DNA of 64,000 bases, taken from NCBI GenBank assembly GCA_013239625.1, contig MU054338.1:3309371-3373370 (forward strand), given 5' to 3'. Both the position numbers and the translations under genes were made by a program. Positions 13,590 to 26,294 of the stretch are shown here, piece by piece; the stretch's first letter is position 1, and each line of letters opens with the position of its first letter. Origin of the DNA: Lama guanicoe. Its lineage: Eukaryota. The notes beneath the pieces were generated by a model, which worked only from the letters and a program-made list of their open reading frames with translations, had not been told where the DNA came from and did no database searches.

Positions 13590-14165
13590 AGCGTTTATGT
13601 TTTAGAACGGCGGAAAAACTGAGAAGATAGTACAGAGAGTTCCTGTGCACCCCACTCCTGCCTCCTGGTTAGTTCACACGAGGCTGGAACGTTTGTTGCA
13701 GTTAATGAGCCAGTGTGGAAGCGTTCTTGTCAGCTGGAGTCCTGCTTCATTCAGTTTGCCTTGTTTTTCCCCGGTGTCCTCTTCTGTCCCAGGACCCCGT
13801 CCAGGACCTGCGTGACATCCAGGCGTCACGTCTCCTCAGGCCCCTCTGGGCTGTGACAGGTTCTCAGACGTTCCTTGTTCCTGATGCCCTTGATGGCTCT
13901 GAGCAGGACTGAGGTCAGGGCTTCCGTAGGTCGGAATTTGTCTGGTTCCTTTCTCATGGCTGGACTGGGCGCTGGGTGCTGGGTGCCGGGTGCTGGGAGG
14001 AGGGACCACACGTGAGGGGCCGTCTCATCCATCGTATTGGGGTGCCTGCCGTCAACATGCCTCGTCACTGCTGACGTTGACCTTGTTCCTCTGGCTGAGG
14101 TCATGTTGGTCAGGTGTCTCTACCATAAAGTCCCGCCTGCCCCCTTCCCATACTGTTCCCTTTGA
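13590..14165 (-). mobile_element. Old LINE-1 (L1MC/L1MD-like) 3' end, followed by (TA)n near 14185-14204
   Basis: gaagatagtacagagagttcc..., cttctgtcccaggaccccgtccagga..., ggctgaggtcatgttggtcaggtgtctctaccataaagt motifs. Confidence 0.7.
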
Positions 14166-17100
14166 AATGTACCTTTTTAAAAAATATATATATATATATA
14201 TATATTTGAAATGTCAAGAAGAAGAAGAGAATAATGAGCAGAGCCTCCTGGTGCCCAGCAGCCCACTGGACAGATGTGGGCACCCCGGTGTCCTTCCGTC
14301 AGGTAACTCCGATCTCTTTCTTTCCTCCCTCCCGAGCCGGCCAGCCTTGGTTTCCTGTTGCTGCATAGTTGACTCCGCGGACTGACGGCTCACAGCACCT
14401 GGCGGGGCCAGCGGGCGCCTCGCGTCAGGACTCAGAGGCAGAGCCGAGTGTCGGCAGGCTCTGGGGCAGGCCCCCCAGCACTGGGGTACCCACCCACGTG
14501 GCCCCTCTGACCTAGGGAGGGCCTGGCCCCTTTCCAGGACTCATCTTATTAACTCAGACCCACCCGGGGCAACCTGCCTATTCGAGGGTCTGCTAATTGG
14601 GGGCCTTAATTCTAATAGAAATCTCTCATGCAGCCCTGAGAGGGATGTAGGAAGGACCAAGAGCAGGTATGTGAGCCCCAGGGGCACCTGAGAACTGTGC
14701 CCATCACAGTGTGTTTCCATTGTGACACCTGACATGATACTGAAAAGTATGCGAGACGTGGACTTGCCAGAGAGATAGATACTTACACAGTGTCCCGAGT
14801 GACCCCCAGTCAGCCCCCGTGCAGCCCAGCGTGCACAGCATGGGGAGGTGAGCCCCACCCCCCATCCTGGACCCCTTCCTTCGTGCCTCCTGCCACACAC
14901 AGCCAAGCCGAGACCGTCCTCCTAGCTTTCATGTCACGGGGGTCACTGCTTCTCTGGACTGTTTCCTACATATGTCTGTGTCCCCAGGAGACACAGCGGC
15001 GTGCTGGCTGGGTTGGAGCCACCCCCACGCGGATTGATTTTATCTTTCGTTTCTGCTCAGAGTCTGTGAGGAGGGTTCATCCTCGTCGCATGTTGTGATG
15101 GTGTACTCACTTGTGCAGCTGTAGCGTTTTCTGTTGTCTGATTGTACCTCCCTCTGTTTCTCTGCTCTCCTGTTGGTGGACACAGGGTTGCTCCCAGTTT
15201 GGGGCTTTTGCAAGCATCGTATCATTCTTTACCTGCCGCTTGTGTGAGAAGTGCATTACCATACGTGACAATGCAACAGGATGGAGCGACAGCATTGGCC
15301 ACGTCTGATGCTTCCTGTGTGCCAGGCTGTGCTTGGAGTGACTCGTGGTCTTGCCTGTGGCCCCTCGCTGTCCTCCTTCACAGCTGGGGCGCAGGCTGGC
15401 TGGACCGTGGCTTGGGACCGCAGAGCTCGAAAGTGGTGGGGCTGGGGCTTGGCCAAGGCTGTGGGCTGAGCCTGTGTTCCTAACCACGGCCCTGCCCGGC
15501 CCCTTGGCGCATCACCCAGCAAATCAGAAGGGGTAGGGGGTTCTTGGAGCATGTGCTAGTCAGGAGCTCAGCCTTGGGGACAGGCTGCATCCCAGTTGGC
15601 AAAGGCAGCCTGAACTTGAAGGCATGGGAGAGAGTGGACCTTTTACTTGCAGAGTCCCTGAAACATCACCGAATCAAGCCTTGCTGAGCTGGAATCAAGC
15701 TGGCAGTTTCTTATGGGAGAGGGAGGAGATGCTGCAGGAATCCAGGGACCCAGGCCAGCAGAGGTGCTGCCACCTTCAATGCATGCCTTCCAAGGTCACC
15801 CTGGGCAGAGGCGTCCTAGCTGGCATGAGGGAGTGTTCCTGAAACTTTGGTGGGCAGGCCAGGGAGGCAGCGCCCAGGACTTCTGCCCATATCTCACTGG
15901 CCAGTGCCTGTCACGTGGCCGCGCCTTCCTGCACGGGGTCCTGGGAAATGTAGTCCGCCTGCCTGCGCAGAAGGCGAAGGGAAAGGGGTGGATGAACCAT
16001 AGCTTTGCCACCGTGTGGTGAGTGCTGAATGGAGGTGATTTTGAGGTTGTAGGAGGAGGTGGGTCATCTCAAGCCCTGACTGAGTGCTCACTCCGGGCCC
16101 AGCATGAACCACACCAGGACAGGCGCCATCTGTCAGCGCAGGAGTTTACCGTGTGTCCCCCTCCTTCCCCCCACTCCCTTCCCCAGTGGGCTAGGGGGGC
16201 CAGGTGTGCGGCATAGGGCAGCTGAGACTCCTGAGACGGAGGCAGGGAGGCTGCAGGGCTGAGGCTGTGGGAGGAGAGGCGGCAGGTCAGCCCGTGGAGG
16301 TGCCCTGTGGGAGCAGGGAGACCTCCACGGGCTGGGAGCAGGCCCGGAGCAGGGAGACCGGAGGCTCCCGAGCTAGGGACTTACTCCCCTGGAGGCCCAG
16401 TTCCAGGAAGAGCCCTCTGGCCAGGAGGATGTTAGCCACTGCAGGGAGGGGCTGGGGTCTGGGCGGGGGCTGGGCAGCCCGGCCCGCCTCTGTGGGTGCA
16501 GTCATCTCTTGTCTGTCTGCCACTCGTGGCCGCAGGTGTCGCTGGCCTGTCGCACAGCCCGCTGGCTTGGTCTGGCAGGAGCAGATGGCCCTTCATCTTG
16601 GAGTCTTTTGTTCAAAGTGGGCGCTTTGGAGTTGGAACAGTGAAGCACTGCGCTGGTTTACACTGCTTGCAGGACCTCAGGACTCTTGCTTTTGGGCAGC
16701 AGGAGCCAAACCAGCCTGCCCGGTGGCCCGTGTTCCTAGCTCCAGGCAGGAGTGCCAGTCCAGTTATGGGAATCCTGTCCTTGCTCCCTGCCAACCACTC
16801 TGAGAAACTATTGGTTCTTCTGAGAAGTGTCATCGCTGGGCGTTGTCCCCATCCCGAACTCCTCCCACTGGTGGTGTTGGGTTAGGGGTTGAGCGTAGTC
16901 GTGCGGCCCCCCTTGGGGTTGCTCCCACAGCAGTCGCTCACCATCCCGCCTGTCCTGTGGGCGAGCCGTCAGAGATTCCAGCTCTGCATGCCTGGTTTCC
17001 ATGGCAAACTTGTGTTAGTGAGGTTGCTGTCGGCAGATTTCAGTTCCCTGGAAGGGCGATCCCCGCAGCTCTGTGGGTAGAGGGGTCTGTGTTAGCTTGG

Positions 17101-19428
17101 CTTCTACATCTGACCTATGATGAGCTTCTCCCTTGCGTGGGCACTGCAGGAGGGGTGGGGAGCGGGCCGGCAGGGGCCAGCATCTGCCAGCAGCTGCATC
17201 CCCAGGACCACATCCCCTGTGTGCTTTCTGGGACTTGACCCTGCGGGAGCTTAAGCCTTCCCAAAGCACTGGGGCCCAGAGCGACCCCCAGGAGTGGCCC
17301 CGAGCACCCTGTGCGCGTCACCTGCTGGGCATCAGCTGAGACCCCAGTGCTCTTACGTGTGGGAGCTGGAACTGCTGGTGGTAATGGGACCTGCTTGTAA
17401 AGACCCTGCCATCTGAAAGCTCTCCAGAGCCAGTCCTATAGTTAAGGGGCAAGTCCAGGACACCAGGGCCACCTCTGGGTCGTCAGGGACCTCTGCTGTC
17501 TGTGTGTGTCCACACCAGGTTCAGTAGACCTTGGGAGTCTGGGGCATGCGGGGTGATGAATGAAAACACATGGAGGACGCAGGAAGTGAGCTAACAGGCT
17601 AGGAGCCTCCCTGCGTTGAGGATGCCCTGGCTCTCTCAGCCCCAGGACGGGCCTGGACTCCCAGCCACCCTCTCCGGCTGCACCCAGCTCATCCCCATGT
17701 CCTGGCCCGAGCTGTCTGCCTCCTGCCCCCGCAGATGCTTGTGCACCCAGCAGGCCCCTCTCTGCTCTTTCCTGTTTAAACCTCCTGTGCGTTTCAGCAG
17801 AAGTAAACCTGGGGCGGCGTCCCCTACTTGGCGCAAGCCCTGCTGCAGGGGGAGTTCTCTGGCTGTGGGCCCCGGGCAGCAGCGTGGGAGGGTGGCTCCC
17901 CCCGCCCCCCCATTGTTTTAGGAGCAGAAATTCAGGCCCGTTCCGCGAGGGGGAGGTTGCGGGTGCTGTTGCTGTAGGAACTGAGTGCTCACCGGCACTG
18001 CGTCCCTGAAAACTGAGCCCCTGTTGCGGCAGCACGAGGCCCTTTCCCAGCTCTGCCTTTTAAAACCCCACCCGAGAAGCGCCCCGCCCCCACCAGCTGC
18101 AAAAGCAGCGTCAAAAACCAGCCCACACGTGACTTGGCACTTTCGGTGCTGTCACATGACAAAAATAATTCGTGGGTCTGAGGCACACCGGGGCTGGGGA
18201 TCAGAAGCCTCCAAGTCAGTGTTTAATTGCAGCGCACACCGCTCGTCTTGTAAAGTCCGTTCCTTAATTAAAGTGGGCTGGCTGTGTGTGCAGTCTGCTC
18301 CCAGCTCCTGTGAACCGGGCCCTGGAGCTGGGGACCTTCGGGATGCTGACCCACCCCCAGTCCCCCTGGGAACCTGGTGAGGTGGGGACAGCCCGCAGAG
18401 AGAGCACCTGGTCCTGCCAGCAGGCTGGGGTTGGACATCCCCCGTCAGACGTCACCCCCATCTGAGACTCCCCATTTTCTCTGAGCAGATACTCACAGGA
18501 CTCTGTTTATCTTGTGCATGTTGCAATAAAAATGTCATTATTTGAAATCGTTGGCACTGCTGGTGTGAGATACCGAATTCCGTCGTCTATTGTCCTGTAA
18601 AACGATCCATTAGCGATAAAGCCCCCACAGCTCAATGAGGTTCTATCCTGGGAACTAGGCACCCTGGTCCCGGGCTGATCCTGCCTTCCCAGCGAGTGCT
18701 CACATCTGCGCTTAAAGGGCCCTGGTGCCGGGACAAATGAGGGAGGCTGCCTCCTGTGAGTGGGCTTTCCTGATAAAAGGAGTCCCGGAGTCCTTTCACT
18801 GTCAGACAATTTCAGTTGCTCTCAGGGAGGGAGCCGTGCAGCCCAGGCTGAGTGTGGTGGCCAAGTGGGGTGCAGGGGGCCCCACCTAACCGGAGTGGAG
18901 CCTCGGGTGTGGCCCACCTGCTCAGGGACTTGGAGACGCACTTCCCTCACTCTCCTGAGGGTTTAGGAAAGGCGCTCAGTCCCCCCTTTCCTCCCCAGGG
19001 CCAGGTGCCCTGCAGTCTCCCCTTCCGGGTGGGCTGGGTTGGTGACAATTTCTTCCTCCCCTCATGGGGAGGAAGTCCCCTCATGGGGACCCCGGGGGTG
19101 TCTCGATGGTCCCAGGGCTGGCCAGCTGCTTGGCCTTCGGACCTGCTCCCTCATGTTTCGAGAGCGAACCTGTCTGCTTTTTCTAACGTTTTTTATTTCT
19201 CCAGCCTGGTGCCGGGTGGCCACTTGTCCCCCTTTAACCGTGCTGCCGGTGTGCTGTTAGTATCACGTCTTTCACGCGTGGACTGTCATGATGCGGCCAC
19301 CCTGCTCGTATGTGACAAACCAGCCCTGACATGCATGTGGTCTGGATCACCCAGCGCTGTGGTCGCGATCACACCCGTTGCCTCCTTTGCTGAATGACGT
19401 GGTTGCGGCCCGGGGCTGTTTTGCTGTA

Positions 19429-19923
19429 CAGGCACACCTCGCTTTATTGTGCTTCATAAATACTGCGTTGTTTTTTTTAATAAATTGAAGGTCTGTGGCA
19501 ACCCTGCATGTCAGATGATGGTTGGTATTCTTCAGCAGTAAAGCATTTATTTAATTCATTTTTAAATTTTTTCAGCAGTGAAGCATTACAATTTTTTTTG
19601 GTTTTTATTTTGGGGAGGAGGTTAGGTTTATTTATTTGTCTGTTTGTTTATCAGTGGAGGCACTTCGAATTGAACCCAGGACCTCGTGCACGCTACCACT
19701 GAGCTGTACTCTCCCCAAACCCGCAAAGCATTTCCAAATTCAACTATGGACATTATTTTTAGACATGATGCTATTAGTGTGCACTTAGTAGACTGCAGTA
19801 TAGTGTAAACATAACTTCTATCTGCACGGGGAAACCGGAGCGTTCATGTGACTTGCTGTATTGCGGTGTTCGCTTATTGCGGTGGTCTGGAGCCGAGCCC
19901 GCGATATCGCCGAGGTCTGCCTG
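19429..19923. mobile_element. Internally deleted Tigger1 (TcMar) DNA transposon, interrupted by a SINE
   Basis: TIRs CAGGCACACCTCG ... CGAGGTCTGCCTG (12/13 complementary), TA at 19427-19428, Tigger1 terminal sequences (aaattgaaggtctgtggcaaccctgc; cagtatagtgtaaacataac). Confidence 0.88.
19590..19716 (-). mobile_element. vic-1-like SINE nested in Tigger1
   Basis: ttaggtttatttattt...attgaacccaggacctcgtgca...ctaccactgagctgtac, same family as 4414-4547. Confidence 0.8.
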
Positions 19924-20159
19924 TGTGCTTGCTGCTGTGTCCCCCAGCAGTGTCAGCCTCTCAGAGGGTGCGTCGGTCTCCTGGACCGAACTCCGTGGCC
20001 CTGTCGGTGGCCAGCACATGCCCAGGTTCATGTTTGTGGTGAGGAAGTCCTGCCTCTGGACCCCAGACGGGGGAGAGAGTTTACCGTGGTGGGTTTTATA
20101 GTCTTCTGTGAACATCTTTCTGGTGCAGAGGAAGCCTGACTGTTCACACACTGATTTTT

Positions 20160-20799
20160 TTTTAAGAGATTGTTTTTCTTCTCTCTTTTTTTATATCGAA
20201 GTATAGTCAGTGTACAATGTTGTGGCGATTTTTGGTGGGCAGCATAATGTTTCAGTCACACGTATACGTACATATATTCCTTTCCATGTTCTTTTTCATT
20301 ATAGGGTACTACAAGATACTGAATATAGTCCCTGTGCTGTACAGTAGAAATTTACTGTTTATCTTATATGTAGTAGTCAGTATCTGCAAATCTCGAACTC
20401 CCGATTTATCCCTTCCCACCCCATTTCCTCCTAGGTAACCTTAAGTTTGTTTTCTATGTGAGTCTTTTTCTGTTGTATGAATAAGTTCATTTGTATCTTT
20501 TTTTTTAGCTTCCACATATGAATGATATCATATGGTACTGTTCTTTTTCTGGTCTACTTCACTTAGTATGATGATCTCCAGGTCCATCCATGTTGCTGCA
20601 AGAGGCATTATTTTATTCTTGTTTATGGCTGAGTACTATTCCATTTATATATATAGCACACCTTCTTTATCCAGTCATCTGGTGATGAGCATTTAGGTTG
20701 CTTTCCATGTCTTGACTATTGTAAATAGTGCTGCTGTGAACATTGGGGTGCACGTATCTTTTCGATTTAGAGCTTCCTCTGATATATTGCCAAGATGCG
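20160..20799 (-). mobile_element. Younger, 5'-truncated cetartiodactyl-type LINE-1 3' end with TSD
   Basis: AT-rich L1 3' UTR (gaatatagtccctgtgctgtacagtag; tccaggtccatccatgttgctgca); TSD CACTGATTTTT at 20149-20159 and 20800-20810. Confidence 0.85.
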
Positions 20800-23431
20800 C
20801 ACTGATTTTTCATTCTGTCCCCTTGCTGAACTGTTTAATTCTTAGTTTACCAGCTCACTCTTTTAGTTTTCTCAGGTAGAAGGTTGTGTTTCTTTGCGTG
20901 AAGAAGTTTGTCTCTTCTCTCTTGCTACTCTCCTCATGTCTTTTCCTTGACTTAGTGCATTGGCTGGGGTCTCAGTGCTGTGCTGAGGCGTGCCTACCCC
21001 AGTTTTCCCGAGTGCTCCTCTGGCCTCACCATGGATTTTTATATTGATTGGTTTGGAACCTTTTATAAATACCATACAAAGAAGTCACCTGAAGTGCTTG
21101 GACATGTCAGTGGACCATGTTGACGTGGCTCATCTCTGTGGAAATTAAATTAGGGGTGGCCGCTTGTGTCTCCCTCTCTGAGCCCTTTCACTCCGCTCTG
21201 TGCAGGGGTGCGAGGCTGCTCTGGCCCAGCTCGTCTCTAACCAGCTCGGAGACGGCACCTGAGCAGCCGGGGGCATCGAGGGGAAGCCCACGCTGTGACC
21301 AGGTCGTTCTGCTCGGCCTGCCCAGACCACGGGGCAGCATGCTGGAATTGTCCTGCAGACGCGTGGCTGGAGAGGCTGTGGGCCGTGAGCAGCAATGGGC
21401 TTTGCATTTGAGGACCACGGTAATACTGTCATTTCCGCGGCACACGGGGCACTGGGGGCTGCTGGCACTTGGAGCCTTCCTGGCCTCCTGGCCGTATTTG
21501 TGGGCGGCTTGCTTGTGCCAGGTGGCTTCTGGTGTGACAAGTGGTCCCGGCACTTCCTGGGGACTCGCCTTCTTGTCCTGGTTTCTGTAATTATAGCACG
21601 TTAAACGGCGAGGGGCCTGTCTGCCCGGCCTTGTGCAGACACTGTGAAATTAACTTCCTCGCCCTCCAGCATGCGTCGGGCTGAACTGACATTTCCAGAG
21701 GGTTCCTGGCTGGACCCCTGCCCCTGGCACGCGTTCCTTGGCAGAGAGGAAGGGCGGGGAGCTGGGCCTCGTGCAGTGGGAGCTGTCAGGCTGGGCGGCA
21801 GAAGCAGCCCTGAGGGCCATCGTCGCCCCTTGGAGAGTCCCACGTGTGCTGAGAAACAGCACTTCACCCCTGACTCCGAGCAAGACGGTCTGGGCAGGGC
21901 CCTGGCAGGGGCTCGGGGGGCCTCTCGGAGATGGGAGCTGAGGGGTTGAGAGGCAGGCCCCTGCCAAGTCTTGGTGCCCTTGCAGCTGGCAGGAGCATGC
22001 ACAGATTACCTCGTTGCCATGACAGTGCCCCCTTCTCACTGGGGAACTGTGGCCCAGTGTGGGGTGGCGACGACTTCCATTGGAGTTTCGTGTTCTTTGT
22101 CTTGAGAATTTGCCCCAGGACCGCAGGTTTTCTTGCTGGCCTGAGAGGTGGCAGCCCGTCTGCCATCGCCTGTCAAGGGCCCAGGAGAGAAGGAGCAGAG
22201 GCCAGCCCCCCCCTTGCTCCCCGCCTTCCCAGCTCCTGTGTGGCTGTCCCAGGGCGATGGCACACGGGGTCCCTGCAGATTCTTGGGGTCACACCAGGCT
22301 TCCCAGTGCAGCCCTCCCCATGGTGGTCCCAGGCACCCACTCCCTGGGCCAGAGGGCACTGGGCAGCGGGAGTCCACAGAGGCCCCAGCGCCCTTGTGCC
22401 TGGAAGCCCCGTTGCTGCATTGTTGGAACCGATGGCTTCTGAGCAGCCCCCCGCTCCCCACGACGGCCTGTGTTCCTCCTCCTGACACACTCATTTAATT
22501 TTTAACTCACAAGGCATTTGCTTATTTATTTTCATTGTTCTTGATAATAATTCTAAGCCATTAGAGGGGAAAATTATATTCAAAAATGCTGTTTCACACT
22601 TTATTTGTTTGATGATTTAGAGCAATAGAAAATAGCACATTTGTTGGCTTTTATAGTCTGATAATTATTCACATCCATCAAGCCATTCCAGGGGAATAAA
22701 CAAAACACCAAGAAAATGACACTATTAATAGCATCTCCGCCACGGACAGGAAGACTTTCCCAGGCCACTGTCCCGGGAGGATGGAGGCGGCCCAACCCCA
22801 GCCGGAGGCAAGAGCCTGCCCATAGAGGGCGCGCTCCCTGTCACCTACCCTCTCTGTCTGGGCCCAGGAGCCACCCTCCTGCGGGGCTGAGGCTTCTGCC
22901 CACCCAGCACCACGAAACTTCACCAGCTTCTTTATCGGACTCAAACGGGGCCGATGGGATGCCCACCTCCAGCCTAGCATTAAAACAAAGACATTGGTCT
23001 GGCGGTGCAACTCTCAGTGTCCAGCCTCGTTGTGTTCCAGGCCGCCAGTAGACACATCCGACCCCCTCACGTGTGTCAGGCGCAGGTTGTGGTCACAATT
23101 GCTGGCTGCTCTGGCCCCAGGCCTCCCTCTTGCCCTGTGCCAGCTTGCCACATTTCTGCTTTGCCTTTTTGGGGTGGCCGTGATTGGAGGGGGTACATTC
23201 ACTATTCCAAACACCTCAAGTGTAAAAGAAGAAACCTGGAAAGGGAGAGAGGCTGGGGGACACCCAACTTCTGGGCCCAGCCCGTTTGTCTCTCCCCAGA
23301 CCAGGGGGTTGCTTCCTTCTGGAATGTGGCACTGGAACTCTGGTCCAGCAGCTCACTGTTGTCCCCTGAGGTGTGTTTCCTTCTGATTGGCCAGTAATTT
23401 GCAAGGTGAAACCATTAGACTGGGACTGTTT

Positions 23432-23568
23432 ATTTTCTTTTAAAAAAAATTTGTGGGGGGTGGTGTTAGGTTTGTTTATTTATTTACTAATGGAGGGACT
23501 GAAGGTTGAAGCCAGGAACTCATGCATGCTAAACATGCACTCTACCGCTGAGCTGTACCCTCCTACCA
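23432..23568 (-). mobile_element. vic-1-like SINE
   Basis: catgcatgctaaacatgcactctaccgctgagctgtaccc head; TSD TGGGACTGTTT (23421-23431) / TGGGATTGTTT (23569-23579). Confidence 0.85.
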
Positions 23569-24696
23569 TGGGATTGTTTCTTAACCATTGTGTGGCTTTG
23601 CACACGTTTTGTGTCCTCACCCAGGGGCCGGTTCCTGGCCCTGGTCTCTCCCGTCACCTCCCTGGCCACATACCGGTCTAAAAATGTTTTATTTCTTTGC
23701 CAAAGCCCCTGACGTTTGCAGACGACTGCCCTCCTGAAAAAGGCATCTGGCACACGATGCCCGAATTTGTCTCTCTCGGCCTCCTCGGCGATTCCACAGC
23801 ATTAAGCCTGGGGTTATGGAGCCTGTCTGGTCCTGCTGCAGCCTCCGCTGGGCCACCTGGAGTGGTTGCCAGGGATACTGTGCCAATGGCGCTGAATTTT
23901 CCACGACTTTCTGGTTTAGAGCCATCCAGAAGTACTCCGTGTAAAACGTTCACAAGCGGAGAAAAAGGGCAGGGGGAGGGGTGCACAGGAAGGGCTGGTA
24001 AAACACGAGACACCAAGTAGGATGGCCGTGGAGAAGGCCCGGCAACTCCTGCCTGGCCGACCTCAGGGCCGAGTCGCCATGTCCCCTAGAGGCACCTGCT
24101 GTCCCTGCCGTTGGCCGCTGTCAGAGCCAGACTCCTACAGGCAAGGCCCGGGCTGCAGCTGGAGGGACCTGAGTGGCCCCGCATGGACGCCTGTCCCTCT
24201 CGCCACCTCCCCTGTAGGGCTTCCCCGTTCGCAGCTCTGCCCCTCGAAGCCCTTGGTCTTTTCTTCCTCCCAGGGCTCCCCAGGTTCTGGAAGTCGCTTC
24301 ACCCATTCCTTCATCCCAGCATGTCCAGACTCTTCTGCCATGACTTGCATCCTGGCCTGAGTGCGTTGACAGCCCGGCCAGTTGCAGCCCAGTCCTGTGG
24401 GAGGAGCATGTTGACTGGAGCTGTCTGGGGGAGGGATGTGCCCAGCCCGGAAGGACGCTGGTGGACCAAGGAGATGGTGGGGGGGCCAGTGTGTAGCAGG
24501 GCGTGAGGAAAACCAGCCTTGCTCTAGGGGGACATTCGTGCTGGTGGAGAGCGGGGAGGGGAGCCAGGGGAGGCTCTGAGTTGGCTCCCGCAGGGCCCAG
24601 CCGGCCGGGAGACTTTGCACTATCCCAGTCATGAGATTCACATGGAGGCCGTCTGTCTAAGGGAATAGATAAGCATCCTTAGCCACCTAGACACCC

Positions 24697-24728
24697 AGGG
24701 CTGCATGTCCAGAGGGCTGCATGTCCAG
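24697..24728. repeat. 16-bp tandem duplication (AGGGCTGCATGTCCAG)x2
   Basis: Directly visible. Confidence 0.9.
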
Positions 24729-26294
24729 AGAGCGGCCGCCCAGGGTCGCAGGCGGGCATGGTGGATTGATTTTGGCTGTGAGGTTTGACCTTGTGACGGG
24801 GACGGAGACAAACTGCCCCCATGTTGGTGACCAATAAAACCGACTCTGTTTTACGGCCCCGGGACTCGCTCCCTAACGGCCAGATGGATGCTTGCCTGTG
24901 TCGGGGGTTAGCAAGCAGCCCTGCTCAACCTGAAGAGCGGCTTCTCCATCTTTCTTTCCTTTTCTTCCTCCCAGAGACAAGCCGGAGATTCAGGGATGCC
25001 CCGACCTGGTGGCGTGATGCCAGGTGGGGCTATGACGAGGAGACGTGCCCTGGGCCCTGGATGGAGACCCCACAAGGCTCTGCCGTGGGGGCCCCTCAGT
25101 CTGGGGACTTTTCTTTAGTGCTGGATGTCAGCCCTGCCGGGAAGCCAGCTCTGTAGCCGGATCAGCTGGGCCTCTGTCTCCTTGTGCTTGCCCGGGGCAC
25201 CAGAAGGCTGTAGCAGGGACAGGGGCTCAGTGGGAGCCTGCAGCCCTATTCCTCCTGGCTGTTGGAAGGCTGATGAGCCTTAATAGCCGTGCAGATGGAG
25301 CCTTCAACGCCCGTCCTTCCTCCTCTGAACGGACAGCCCATGCCTGGCACTTTATGTTGCTAAGGACTGACACCCCAGTTTTGCCTGTCTCCCTTGAAGA
25401 CTGGGCAAGGTTTTCATCTTGCCCAGTCACTGGTGGTGGGCTGGGGTAGCGCGACGGCGCCTCAGCACCCCCGAGGCTGCCTCTGGGCCCTTCCAAGCAG
25501 TGGGAGGCCCAGCTTGCTCTTGGCCATCGGAGTCCAGATGTCTCCCGTGGCTGCCGCTTCCCGTCCACGAGTCCCTTCTAATCTCTCCAGGGGCCGCTCT
25601 TCTGAACACTCAGCCCAGCGTCCTGCAGTCTGTACTTTCCGATAACAGAGGAGCCACGTTCCAACGTATTAAACTTTTAACATCCACCAGATTCAATTAA
25701 TCTTATCTTTACAACTCCCAATTACAGGCGGTAATTAAGTGAAAGCAGCATTGTAGACGGGGATATTCATTCATCATCACAGCCTTGGAGCCGTAAATTA
25801 GTTCCTTCCCGTCCTCCAGCATCTTCCCAGAAGGGACAGAATGTTTCATTTCCCTGTTTTGGGGAACATTAATCCCACAGAGGTGCTTTGGATTGGGATT
25901 AACTTTTATCATATTTATGTAAGTGATAAAAGGCTATTTAAGAGAGAGTCACCTCATCTTTGTCCAGATAACGGGAAATTCTCTGACGACAGCAGAATTA
26001 AAGGCGCTGTGGCCACCTCCTCCGGGGCCCTGGAGCATGCCCAGAAATTAATTATTTTTATCCTGTGAGATTAGAAACAACACAACGTTCACCTTATCTC
26101 CTACCCTTGCCCCCTTTCATTTTGTTAACAAGAGGTAAACCCCTCAACTGGCGTGGACTCGGCTGAGCCCGGGGCATCTCGCCTGTTCCGGTCGCTCCAC
26201 ATCTCGCTGCCTGCCCTGTGAGAGACGGGCGCGGTGTGCGATGCATCCTCACAGAGACTGTTCCAGAATTTGCTACTTTGTCATGATTCTGTAG

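Noticed and set aside
24697..24728. Tandem CATG-core repeat as a p53 element or RBFOX pair
   Set aside because: The RRR flank of the p53 half-site is not met (CTG-CATG-TCC). The two TGCATG motifs are 2.6 kb from the nearest exon and arise from a simple duplication.
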